A stretch of 25,175 bases of DNA, taken from the IMG/VR virus record IMGVR_UViG_3300042458_003117, positions 1 to 25,175 of that record; one strand, written 5' to 3'. A model generated the notes under the pieces. That model saw only the letters and a program-made list of their open reading frames with translations. It was not told the origin of the DNA and searched no databases. Below, in pieces: positions 1 to 8,231 of the stretch. The DNA is from a virus. Taxonomy: Duplodnaviria; Caudoviricetes. Every line of letters starts with the position of its first letter. Position 1 is the stretch's first letter. A program made the translations under genes and the position numbers.

Positions 1-415
1 TTTTGCTTTCACGCAGTAGTTTGCGCATCCGTAGCTTTAATAAGCGCGCCAGTCGGTCGCCGAGGGACTCGTGAAATGCTGCCTGATAACGCGAGAGTTG
101 ATGTGTTAAATCGGCCTGCTCGGTTTCAAGATCGGCAAGCTCTGAGGAGAGCAATTCAAACTCCGCTTCGAGCAGAGTAATTTCAGGATCAATCCACTGT
201 GCCAATCGTGTGCCATTAGACAACAATTTTTCGATCATTCGCACGGCCTCTGCATAGCGGTGGTCAGCCATCGCAGTTTGGATTTCTTGGATCGCTGGCT
301 CGTGCTGATGCTCGACAAGACGTGATGCGGCGACTGAAACAAGCTCCACATCTCCGAGATCCAGAAGTGACTTGAGCGCGGTCAGGCGATTGATGAGTGT
401 CGAGGATAAGTTCAC
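1..415 (-). CDS. Moron-like helical/coiled-coil protein, 5' part (runs off the left edge); resembles the N-terminus of J-domain-containing proteins often annotated 'DNA repair protein'
   Basis: Not in the ORF track. Open frame from GTG at 415: VNLSSTLINRLTALKSLLDLGDVELV...WIDPEITLLEAEFELLSSELADLETEQADL...LGDRLARLLKLR. Has its own promoter. Family resemblance is from memory. Confidence 0.65.
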   Translation of the reverse strand, partial: MNLSSTLINRLTALKSLLDLGDVELVSVAASRLVEHQHEPAIQEIQTAMADHRYAEAVRMIEKLLSNGTRLAQWIDPEITLLEAEFELLSSELADLETEQADLTHQLSRYQAAFHESLGDRLARLLKLRMRKLLRESK

Positions 416-422
416 GAGTTGG

Positions 423-451
423 ATGATACAAAATTTACGAGTGTCTGTAAA
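423..451 (-). promoter_or_regulatory. Sigma70-type promoter of the left-edge moron, probably leaderless
   Basis: TTTACA (451-446), 17 nt, TATCAT (428-423), 7 nt, GTG at 415. Overlapped by the inverted repeat TGATACAA...TTGTATCA (424-460). Confidence 0.7.
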
Positions 452-457
452 GTTGTA

Positions 458-712
458 TCAAATTGCACAGGGTTGCGATTGGCTGTGTAACGTCCATGCC
501 TGCTTAATCGCGTTCCATTGATCGACCGCGTCTCCTATTCTGCCTTGGTTGCTCCATTCCGTCCTCACCCCATTCCTTCGCAGCAAACAGTGCTGATACT
601 GAAGGAGTTTCGCCAGCGGCATAAACATAATGCTCTCTTCCGTCCAACCAGTCTCAGCGGCCACGGCAAATACCTGGGCAGCTAGGAAGCCGGGTTCGTC
701 GCAGGGTGGGGC
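458..712 (-). CDS. Tail assembly chaperone GT, C-terminal part (-1 frameshift extension)
   Basis: The -1 frame after the slippery site is open from 712 into ORF 458-664 (APPCDEPGFLAAQVFAVAAETGWTEESIMFMPLAKLLQY...). Confidence 0.75.
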   Translation of the reverse strand, partial: APPCDEPGFLAAQVFAVAAETGWTEESIMFMPLAKLLQYQHCLLRRNGVRTEWSNQGRIGDAVDQWNAIKQAWTLHSQSQPCAI

Positions 713-1101
713 TTTTTTCCGCCGAGGTCTCCCATGGTTTCGACTTGAGCCGCTTCCAGTTCACGGCTTTGATCCTCCAGTCGTTTGAAGGCGATTTGAA
801 AATCGGCCGGGGTAAGGCCACCGCAGAAGATGAGGGCGGATTCGCGGAATCCCTGGTCGTTGAACGAAGCCCGCACCACCTCGGGCCACGGGGCGCAGTG
901 GGTGAACACAAAGCCCATGATTGCCGAAGTGAATTCCGGTGTGCCGTCTGTGGGCGTTTCGCCTTTCACCAGTGGGTTGCCGGTTCTGAGGAGCACATCG
1001 TAACTGGCCAGCGATAGCGGGCGCATGGCATGGCCGCCGACGATGGTTTCGACATCATGGAAGGCGGATGAGAGGAGTTTTTGGCGTTCGGTATCGTTCA
1101 T
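682..1101 (-). CDS. Tail assembly chaperone (gpG-like)
   Basis: 139 aa, downstream of the tail tube gene; near its end, GGKK is encoded over a slippery heptamer. Confidence 0.75.
   Translation of the reverse strand: MNDTERQKLLSSAFHDVETIVGGHAMRPLSLASYDVLLRTGNPLVKGETPTDGTPEFTSAIMGFVFTHCAPWPEVVRASFNDQGFRESALIFCGGLTPADFQIAFKRLEDQSRELEAAQVETMGDLGGKKPHPATNPAS
712..718 (-). other. Programmed -1 ribosomal frameshift site A_AAA_AAG
   Basis: In-frame GGA AAA AAG near the 3' end of gpG; the -1 frame joins ORF 458-664. Confidence 0.8.
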
Positions 1102-1104
1102 GGT

Positions 1105-1506
1105 TTAGAGGTGGCGTAGGTAAAAATCCTCCACAGAGGGCGAGGCATCGAGCGGGATGAAGGCGATCTTGCCCCGGCGTTTCACACAGGCGAGCGGCAC
1201 GTCCTGTTTCACCTTGTCCACCAAGCGCTCGCGATTGAGCAGTGCGCACTTGATGTAGGCGAATGGATGCTCTGAGTTTGCGAGATGCCAAGCGTCATTG
1301 TGCCATGCCTCGATGAGTGCCTTGGTATCAAATTTGCCGCAATGGCTTTGAGGCTCGAAGAACCAGACCGTGCGTTCCCCACGAATGCCGTCGCCAACGA
1401 CGCGCACGAATGGCTTCTCGGCAAGCGGGATGCCCACTGCCGTCAATGCAGCGGCAAGACAGGTATTGCTGGTAGCGGTGGAGGAAAGATGTGATACGGC
1501 GTTCAT
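1105..1506 (-). CDS. Hypothetical phage protein in the tail module
   Basis: 133-aa ORF tightly packed between the tail tube and chaperone genes. Confidence 0.7.
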   Translation of the reverse strand: MNAVSHLSSTATSNTCLAAALTAVGIPLAEKPFVRVVGDGIRGERTVWFFEPQSHCGKFDTKALIEAWHNDAWHLANSEHPFAYIKCALLNRERLVDKVKQDVPLACVKRRGKIAFIPLDASPSVEDFYLRHL

Positions 1507-1530
1507 AGAGGGATCTCGTTGTCGTTAGGA

Positions 1531-1911
1531 TCAGGCCCCACCACCGGCTGCGAGGAATGGATAGTGGGTCGCGGTGAGGTCGATTTTCTCGAAGTCCTCA
1601 TTGTTGAGACTGCGGCTGACTTGCATGAGAACCGTCATGCCGCCCGTCTGTTGCAGGTGTGCTGGGATGGCATTCGATAGAGCAAGTGCGGCTCCGATCT
1701 TGCCACTGAAGGACGAGGTCTTAGCCACTAGTCCCGAGAGTTTGATTTCGACTTTCTCCTGGTAGAGTGAGAGGCCAATGATTTCTCCGCTCTTGTTGAG
1801 CACAGGTTTTTCCTGGTTGGAGTAGTCGAAGGAGAGGTCGGTGATGAGAATTCCCGCTTGATCGTTCGGGATGCCCCAGTTGCCAGTAGTGCCGATGAAA
1901 GTCGCAGACAT
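1531..1911 (-). CDS. Putative major tail tube protein
   Basis: Beta-rich 126 aa (MSATFIGTTG...) after the tail terminator. ATG 1911 chosen because it lies 15 nt after a TTGACA box. Confidence 0.6.
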   Translation of the reverse strand: MSATFIGTTGNWGIPNDQAGILITDLSFDYSNQEKPVLNKSGEIIGLSLYQEKVEIKLSGLVAKTSSFSGKIGAALALSNAIPAHLQQTGGMTVLMQVSRSLNNEDFEKIDLTATHYPFLAAGGGA

Positions 1912-1937
1912 TTGCTGCTGTCGCGATGTCAACTGCA

Positions 1938-2363
1938 TCACACGGCAGAGACCACGGCCTCGTAGCTCAGCACGGTTTCCCGACCACGAGATTCGTCTGG
2001 CGTGGTGACACTCTCGCGCTCGATCAGGTCATGAAGGCAAAACGATTCGGAATCGAGATCCTGTTGCATGGTCGCCTTGTCGCGCATGAGTAATACCAGC
2101 TTGCCCGCCCACAGCGCATGATCCTCGGCGGAGGTATCATCCACCTGGGAAAACAAGTGTACGTCCAGTTTCACGCGAGCTGTGTGCGGCATGCCGGGGA
2201 TGAGCTTTGATTCCGTGGGATTGAGAACCACGCAAGGGCGCGTGCGGATGTCATCACGACGAGCGACATGAAAGGGAACGGACTCAGAGATTTCCGCAGG
2301 ACGGTGACTGGTCATCCACTCAGCCAGCAATGACGATAAGCGGTCTTCGATCAAGTTGGGCAT
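1938..2363 (-). CDS. Putative tail terminator/completion protein (gpU-like)
   Basis: 141 aa; assigned by synteny between neck and tail tube genes. Confidence 0.55.
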   Translation of the reverse strand: MPNLIEDRLSSLLAEWMTSHRPAEISESVPFHVARRDDIRTRPCVVLNPTESKLIPGMPHTARVKLDVHLFSQVDDTSAEDHALWAGKLVLLMRDKATMQQDLDSESFCLHDLIERESVTTPDESRGRETVLSYEAVVSAV

Positions 2364-2381
2364 CTTGCTAGGATGCAGTCG

Positions 2382-3167
2382 TCAACCAGCGCGACGACCC
2401 AGCGCTCGATTCGTGCGGTCATTGATTTTACGTAGCGAGGTGGCGAGTGCTTTACGCAGTCGTCCCGCTGCAACTTCCAATGCGAGGCTGACGGTCTTGT
2501 AGGTCGTCACGTCATCGATATAGTCGAGCTTGTTCACCAGGGTAACCGATGCCTTGTCGCCAGTCTTGATCACCGCACTGCCCGGTGCCTGCTTGTGACG
2601 AGTCGCCCACTGCACCGCCCCGCGAATCCGGCCACCAATCGATTTGCCCGCATTGATCCATGAGCCTTTCGCAAAGCCGACACGCTTCTGAATCTTCGCG
2701 ATGTATGTCTCGCGTGCCTTTGGACTGGTGACGATTTGCTTCGGCTTCTCAGCACCGAGTTGCCCCCACTGATGCAGGTTCGGGTCGAGACGGCCAACGG
2801 CAAGGTCATTCCATCCACTACTCGACTGGCGAAGATTGTTTTCTGCGCGTTTGAACCGGCGATTCTGGATGTTGGCCCAATATCGATCGGCTGCTTGCGG
2901 GTCAGACTTGCGCAGTTCCTCGTAGGCGTCGGAAGGCAACGCGAATACACCCGCGATGTCTCTGGCCACGGCATCCTCACCGATCTTGCGGGCTTTGTCA
3001 GCAAACCCGAACGGACGGGTATTGCGGGCGAGCTCCACCGATAGCCCACGAGCCTCCTGCTTCACGAGAGATTCCATCGTGCGGCCGACTTTCTCCGGGT
3101 GTCGTCGCAAGAGTCGCACCACATCCGCCTTGCCATCGAGTTTGGCTGTGATACGCACGTCACTCAT
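2382..3167 (-). CDS. Putative neck/tail completion protein
   Basis: Basic 261-aa ORF overlapping the end of the head-closure gene; synteny. Confidence 0.55.
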   Translation of the reverse strand: MSDVRITAKLDGKADVVRLLRRHPEKVGRTMESLVKQEARGLSVELARNTRPFGFADKARKIGEDAVARDIAGVFALPSDAYEELRKSDPQAADRYWANIQNRRFKRAENNLRQSSSGWNDLAVGRLDPNLHQWGQLGAEKPKQIVTSPKARETYIAKIQKRVGFAKGSWINAGKSIGGRIRGAVQWATRHKQAPGSAVIKTGDKASVTLVNKLDYIDDVTTYKTVSLALEVAAGRLRKALATSLRKINDRTNRALGRRAG

Positions 3168-3471
3168 CGGTAGAGGATAGGCTGAGGGTGAGTAGTGGAG
3201 ATCGCGGATGACTGCTCACGCGTGTGATGCGATAGACCGCACCATCCACCTCCATGCGTTCACCGAGCTTCGGCAAGGCAGCAGGAAATGCGAGCTTTGG
3301 CACACGCAGGCTGAGATCCGGCGAATCCACAAAGCCGCCAATATCGAGTTGCTGCTCGTTGCGATTACGACTAACAAGCACGAGCAGGTTGATGCCGTTC
3401 CACCGCGCCTGCACTCCATGTTCCTGGAGAAGTTGCTGCAGGTCGTTAAGAATGTCGGATTCGAGGGACAT
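3160..3471 (-). CDS. Putative head-tail joining/closure protein (gpFII-like)
   Basis: 103 aa beta-rich (PKLGERMEVDGAVYRITRV) right after the capsid gene. Confidence 0.6.
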   Translation of the reverse strand: MSLESDILNDLQQLLQEHGVQARWNGINLLVLVSRNRNEQQLDIGGFVDSPDLSLRVPKLAFPAALPKLGERMEVDGAVYRITRVSSHPRSPLLTLSLSSTDE

Positions 3472-3488
3472 GCCGTGGTAGGCATGTC

Positions 3489-3523
3489 AAAAATAAACCC
3501 CCTCTCCGTTTCCAGAGAGAGGG
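3489..3523 (-). terminator. Rho-independent terminator after the major capsid gene
   Basis: CCCTCTCTCTG-GAAA-CGGAGAGGGGG stem-loop followed by TTTATTTTT. Confidence 0.8.
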
Positions 3524-3545
3524 CGACCACGAACCAGAGGGAAAT

Positions 3546-4442
3546 TTATGCAGGGCGAATGACCCGCTCGATCACCGGCTTGTTGCCCGTGGCGAATCCA
3601 TACATGAGTGTGAAGCTCACTTCTTGCTTGCCGAGGCGACCGTCATAGCGATCACGGACCTGAATCGAGAGGCCAGTGCGCGGGTCGGTAACGACGCGGA
3701 TGACGGTGTCACCAGTGTTGGCTGGAACATCCGGTACGCGGGCAGCCATGATGAGTCCCTCGCGAATACCAGCGAATCCGACCAATCGTTCACCATTCTC
3801 GGGAAGAGCCGAGTATTCGATTACAGTAAAGCCGTTCACGTCGGGCAGCATTCCAGTGACCACCACATTGCTCGCAGCTGGGGTGATGTAGGCCTTGTAG
3901 AGCGCTTCATCCTTTTGCAGGGCGTTGTAGTAGTCCGAATTGACGAACATAAAGCGACCCATGTCTGGGATGAAGCGCTTGTTGAGCTTGGTGCTGACAT
4001 CCACCACTGCGTTGCGACCGAAGCTGGCTACCGCGATTTCCGTCTTATTGGTGAAGTTCGCGTTGATGATGAGCGCCATCAGGTCGTCACTCACCTTGCG
4101 ACCGAGAGCGTAAGCTACCTTGTCGGCGTAGCGTTGGTTGAGGTCGATTTCACTTGTCGAGCGTTCGACGTCGGTGATGGCATAGCCCGCGTAGGCGTGC
4201 TTGTTGATTTTGACGCTGACATCGACCTGTGCCTGATCGTCAGGGACGTAACCTGTAGCAGGAACGAAATCCTTGGCCACAGTTGGCGTGACGATGTGGG
4301 TGACGATGTCCTGATTGAACTTCACGCTCGCCGATGAGAAGTCGGTAGCAATTTGTCCAAGGAGAGGGAATTTCGCCTGTAGCGTGGTGAGCGCGGTCTG
4401 GGCGATGATGGCGGCATTTACTGTGGCGTTGGTATTGGGCAT
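3546..4442 (-). CDS. Major capsid protein
   Basis: 298 aa after protease/scaffold and followed by a terminator; coat-protein-like segments (GRFMFVNSDYYNAL, GFTVIEY, FTLMYG). Confidence 0.8.
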   Translation of the reverse strand: MPNTNATVNAAIIAQTALTTLQAKFPLLGQIATDFSSASVKFNQDIVTHIVTPTVAKDFVPATGYVPDDQAQVDVSVKINKHAYAGYAITDVERSTSEIDLNQRYADKVAYALGRKVSDDLMALIINANFTNKTEIAVASFGRNAVVDVSTKLNKRFIPDMGRFMFVNSDYYNALQKDEALYKAYITPAASNVVVTGMLPDVNGFTVIEYSALPENGERLVGFAGIREGLIMAARVPDVPANTGDTVIRVVTDPRTGLSIQVRDRYDGRLGKQEVSFTLMYGFATGNKPVIERVIRPA

Positions 4443-4448
4443 GGCGGC

Positions 4449-4910
4449 TTAGCTGTTGAAGAATGGCTTGAGGTGACTTTGAAAGAAGGCTGCTGCCTCT
4501 TCCGGTTTGCGCTCGGAAACGAGGCGGTCGTATTCGGCGGCGAGTTGGTCGTAGCTTGCAGGCGTTCCTGGTGTCTGACCGTCTCCTGCGGGGGTGACGC
4601 GAGCCGGATGGTTTGTGCCTGTAGCTGCGGCAATGCGGGCCACCTCGGTCTGGACGCGACGATCGAAATCAATCTGTGATGCTTCCAGTTCGGTGATGCG
4701 AGATTGCAGGCTGGTGACCTGCTCTGTAGCTGCGTCCCGCTCGTTGGTGAGCGTTTCGAGTTGTGCGCTGAGGGCTTCCACTTCGCCGCGCAGTGTGCAT
4801 ACGGCGGCTGATTCCTCTGCAAGGAGTTGAGTCTGAGCTTGGTGGTCCCGATTGAGATCAGCGAGTTCAGTGCGGGCTTGGGCGAGTTCGTCTTCGATGG
4901 GCGTGTCCAT
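4449..4910 (-). CDS. Nested scaffolding protein (Nu3-like), in-frame internal start
   Basis: In-frame ATG 4910 (MDTPIEDELAQA...) at the start of the coiled coil, 14 nt after TTGACA. Confidence 0.7.
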   Translation of the reverse strand: MDTPIEDELAQARTELADLNRDHQAQTQLLAEESAAVCTLRGEVEALSAQLETLTNERDAATEQVTSLQSRITELEASQIDFDRRVQTEVARIAAATGTNHPARVTPAGDGQTPGTPASYDQLAAEYDRLVSERKPEEAAAFFQSHLKPFFNS

Positions 4911-5732
4911 TGCCAGTGATCCGGTGTCAACCGACGAAGAGTGATAGACACGAAGACGACGCATGGCTTCAGACCGGTCCGAAACCATTCCGGCGAGGTT
5001 GTGACGTTGCGCTTGTTTGCCGCTGAAGGTCTGGCCTTCCATAGCTTCCGTGGGAATGGCTCGACCTTTTGCGAGAACTGCCGCGTGGAACTCACCAGCG
5101 ATCTCAGCAAGGTTCGAAGAAATCAATTCGCGTTGATCATCGGTGAGTGGAGTGCCGGGCGCACCCATCGCTTTGTATTTGCCGACGGAAAAGACCTCGA
5201 CCTTGATGCCTCGGTTTTCGAGTGCCGCGCTGTTGTCGATCACCGTTTGCACCACTCCAATCGAACCCACTTGAGCGGATGGCGTAGCATAGACGGCGCG
5301 TGCTTGGCTCGCGATCCAGTAGGCAGCCGAACACATGAGGCCTGACGAAAAGGCATAGACCGGCTTCTTCTTATCGAGCCGTGCCACCGCATTGGCGAGT
5401 TCCGGTGTGCCGGCCACGGTGCCGCCGGGAGAATCGATGTTGAGAAACACCGCCTTGATGTCCGCGCGACCTTCGACCTCATGCAGCGCGTCCGCGATTT
5501 CCTCGGAACTGGTCGCGCCGAAGAACACACGAGCGAAGGGATCGGGCTTGCGAAGAATCGGGCCTTCGATGGCCACGACACCAATGCCATCGTCGATGGA
5601 GAGGAGAGAATTTTGCGGAGCTTGCTTCGAGAGAAATCCTCCACGGTCTGCCTGTTCTTGAAAGGCGGCAGAGATTGTTTGCAGAGCATCAGGTTGAATG
5701 AGCCACTCGCGATGTTGAAGAACCGGGTTCAC
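4449..5732 (-). CDS. S49 family head maturation protease with C-terminal scaffold (lambda gpC-like)
   Basis: LNIDSPGG, CSAAYWIAS, GSIGV and GKYK motifs; coiled-coil C-terminus. Confidence 0.92.
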   Translation of the reverse strand: MNPVLQHREWLIQPDALQTISAAFQEQADRGGFLSKQAPQNSLLSIDDGIGVVAIEGPILRKPDPFARVFFGATSSEEIADALHEVEGRADIKAVFLNIDSPGGTVAGTPELANAVARLDKKKPVYAFSSGLMCSAAYWIASQARAVYATPSAQVGSIGVVQTVIDNSAALENRGIKVEVFSVGKYKAMGAPGTPLTDDQRELISSNLAEIAGEFHAAVLAKGRAIPTEAMEGQTFSGKQAQRHNLAGMVSDRSEAMRRLRVYHSSSVDTGSLAMDTPIEDELAQARTELADLNRDHQAQTQLLAEESAAVCTLRGEVEALSAQLETLTNERDAATEQVTSLQSRITELEASQIDFDRRVQTEVARIAAATGTNHPARVTPAGDGQTPGTPASYDQLAAEYDRLVSERKPEEAAAFFQSHLKPFFNS

Positions 5733-7149
5733 GCCCGGTTGGCGGTGTCAACGCTGTGCCACTTGGCTTCCAAAGCATCTCAACGGGGACACTGTATTTT
5801 TCGGCAGTCTCGATGATGAGTTTCGCATCACTAGCACGGCGTTCGATTTCCTCACCAAAATCTGCCCCGAGTTCCTGGAAGTGATCGGAGAGAGTTTTGA
5901 GACCCATCTCCACATCGGCGCGGTTCTGTTGGGCTTCGCGTCCAGCGTCTACAGTCACCCGCTTCGGAGGCACAGAGGAAATCTTCCACCATTCCGCAAT
6001 AGGCGGCAAGAGTCCGCGGGCAATTGCATCGCCAATCACGTAGATCCACACGGGCTTGATCAAACGACGTTCGAGAATCATTTGTCGAAATGAGAATCGC
6101 CGATCTGCTTTGGCTACGATCAATCGCACACCTGCCCCACCGACTTTGCTCGAATCCGCAGCGAACTCGAATGGGATTACACCGAGTGCGGAATCGCGTC
6201 GTAGGTGTTCGAGAAAGCCAGTGAACGTAGGTGATGGTCGATTCGATTGGAAACTCTCCAGGGATTCGTCTGGCTTCAATGCAACGAGCTTTCCACCGAC
6301 AATCCGCTGGAGTGTGACTGGATCACTCGGCTCAACAGAGCCCACAGAGCCACCGACTACGAAGTCGCCATTATCGTCGATTTCACCTCGTGCCGTTTTT
6401 AGAATCCGCGACACGTCGGCATTGTCCTTCACGGCATGTTTCTCCAAGGCTAGCAATTCGATTTCATCGAGGACATGATTGATTGAGTGCTGGATGGTTG
6501 GATGCGACCTAACGCCCCCGGCCCACTCTGGCTCGTGGATATGTAAGATCGACGAAGCGGAAATATCTCGGGTATTCCCATCATCTTCCAATACTCGATA
6601 GAATATGGGTGCTCCCCATGCGTCGATCCCAACACCGTCGATGGTTTGTTTTGAACCGAACGCGTCACCAATCCGGTGAGACTCAATCAACTGGATTTTT
6701 GGCTCACCATCCGAGTCGCGAGTTTTGTGGATGAAGTATTCCCCATCGATGTCCACACCTCGGCAGACGAGTGCCTGGCATTCTTCAAACGAAAACCTGC
6801 GAGTGATTTCGCAGCGAGCCGCCCAGAGTAAAAAGTAGGCTTCGGCCTGACGGTTCCACTCGGGCTTGGCGGATTGGGCCTGCACGCGGATGCCGTCCCC
6901 GGTCGAGTAGATGGCCATGTTTGCGACCAACTCACGCATGAAGCCACTGTTCTTGTGAAGGTAGCGAGACTTGCGCACGAGTTCCGAGCGCACATTGGGC
7001 GTGAGTTCATTGCGAGCATCCGTTGGTGCAGCTCCAGGCACAATACCACGACGCGGTGACCAGTTTGCTGCCTCAAAGGGTGATCCCCACGCCTTTGGGA
7101 GAAGGATGGGTGGAATCAAAGATCTGGCGATGGATTGGAGTCGGTTCAT
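5689..7149 (-). CDS. Portal protein, lambda family
   Basis: RSELVRKSRYLHKN, DGEYF, LQLIESHRI-like and DAGREAQ motifs; ATG 7149 overlaps the upstream stop (ATGA). Confidence 0.9.
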   Translation of the reverse strand: MNRLQSIARSLIPPILLPKAWGSPFEAANWSPRRGIVPGAAPTDARNELTPNVRSELVRKSRYLHKNSGFMRELVANMAIYSTGDGIRVQAQSAKPEWNRQAEAYFLLWAARCEITRRFSFEECQALVCRGVDIDGEYFIHKTRDSDGEPKIQLIESHRIGDAFGSKQTIDGVGIDAWGAPIFYRVLEDDGNTRDISASSILHIHEPEWAGGVRSHPTIQHSINHVLDEIELLALEKHAVKDNADVSRILKTARGEIDDNGDFVVGGSVGSVEPSDPVTLQRIVGGKLVALKPDESLESFQSNRPSPTFTGFLEHLRRDSALGVIPFEFAADSSKVGGAGVRLIVAKADRRFSFRQMILERRLIKPVWIYVIGDAIARGLLPPIAEWWKISSVPPKRVTVDAGREAQQNRADVEMGLKTLSDHFQELGADFGEEIERRASDAKLIIETAEKYSVPVEMLWKPSGTALTPPTGREPGSSTSRVAHST

Positions 7150-7406
7150 TTGGCAAGATGTCCGGAGATGAAGGATACGCCCCCGGATTTCGGGCGACCA
7201 TACGTCGCTGGGTCGAGCACACGCAGTGCGTAGCCGCATTCCTCAAGGACCTGATCGACGGGCATCGTGAACTGCTTCGAGACGGATGTTTCCGCATCGT
7301 TCCAGTTCATGATCGTCTTGCCTTCGAGCAGGAGTTGTTTGGCCTTCTGCTGGATGGCGAGAACTTCCGCGACGGTGAAGCCGGTGATAAAAAGTCCGCG
7401 TGCCAT
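7146..7406 (-). CDS. Head completion protein (gpW-like)
   Basis: 86 aa immediately upstream of and coupled to the portal gene. Confidence 0.55.
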   Translation of the reverse strand: MARGLFITGFTVAEVLAIQQKAKQLLLEGKTIMNWNDAETSVSKQFTMPVDQVLEECGYALRVLDPATYGRPKSGGVSFISGHLAK

Positions 7407-7409
7407 CGA

Positions 7410-7850
7410 TTACTTTCCTTTCCAGGTTGAGTTGCGACCGCGTGTGTCGATGTGGACAAATCCCGAGGAGGGATAAAGCCCCAGACCTCCGACAAACTTG
7501 CCTGCCTTGCGCCACGCGATGAGACGTTCATAGACGCGCTGAGGGGTCACGCCATCGAACGCAATGTCGAGTGCGGTGAATTCCTTGTGCTGGCTCAGTG
7601 GCGCGCCACCCACGGCTTTGTTGTAGGCCGGTGAGCGGTAGGAACTGAGGATGCGGCATGGCTTGCCCAAGGACGCGCGCAGTTCATCGACGATGCGAAG
7701 TGTCGGCACGATATTTTTCCACAGCGGGCGTGGTGGCGCGCTGTTCTTCACGCCCTTGCGCTCGCGGGCAAAGTAGCTCGTGAATTCGTCGGCGGTGAAG
7801 TGACGAAATCCCTGAGACGCAAACCAATCGTTGAATGATTCCCGGGGCAT
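7410..7850 (-). CDS. Peptidase M15 family protein, putative endolysin
   Basis: SSYRSPAYNKAVGGAPLSQH...ALDI...FVHIDTRG Zn-peptidase motifs. Confidence 0.88.
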   Translation of the reverse strand: MPRESFNDWFASQGFRHFTADEFTSYFARERKGVKNSAPPRPLWKNIVPTLRIVDELRASLGKPCRILSSYRSPAYNKAVGGAPLSQHKEFTALDIAFDGVTPQRVYERLIAWRKAGKFVGGLGLYPSSGFVHIDTRGRNSTWKGK

Positions 7851-7853
7851 GGC

Positions 7854-8231
7854 TTACTTCGCAGTTTGAGGTTCCACGATGAGTTCTACCCGACCATTGG
7901 GATGGACGAACAGCGTGCCTTTGTCGCTCTTGAACTCGCCGGAGATCGGCAGTGGACGTGCGCAGGAACCGAGCAAGGGCACCATGAACAGCGCAAGAGC
8001 CAAGGCGAACAGACCGAGCTTGAACGACTTGTTGGGCTTGCCATCGTCGAAGATGTCACCGAGCACCACCACGAGCTCCTTGAGGGCAAGAGCGGCAGGA
8101 CCAGCAGCGAGCAGATACTGAGACACTCCGGGTTCGAACAAGTTCGCTACTCCGCTGAGGTCGAGAGCTGCGACAGCCGAGAGAGTCGAGCCGACGGCAG
8201 TAAGGAATCGTAGGATGGTGACAGTTTTCAT
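7854..8231 (-). CDS. Membrane protein, putative holin with an internal lipobox-like motif
   Basis: Three hydrophobic segments, the last ending LLGSC; directly upstream of the endolysin; SD GAGGAG. Confidence 0.55.
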   Translation of the reverse strand: MKTVTILRFLTAVGSTLSAVAALDLSGVANLFEPGVSQYLLAAGPAALALKELVVVLGDIFDDGKPNKSFKLGLFALALALFMVPLLGSCARPLPISGEFKSDKGTLFVHPNGRVELIVEPQTAK

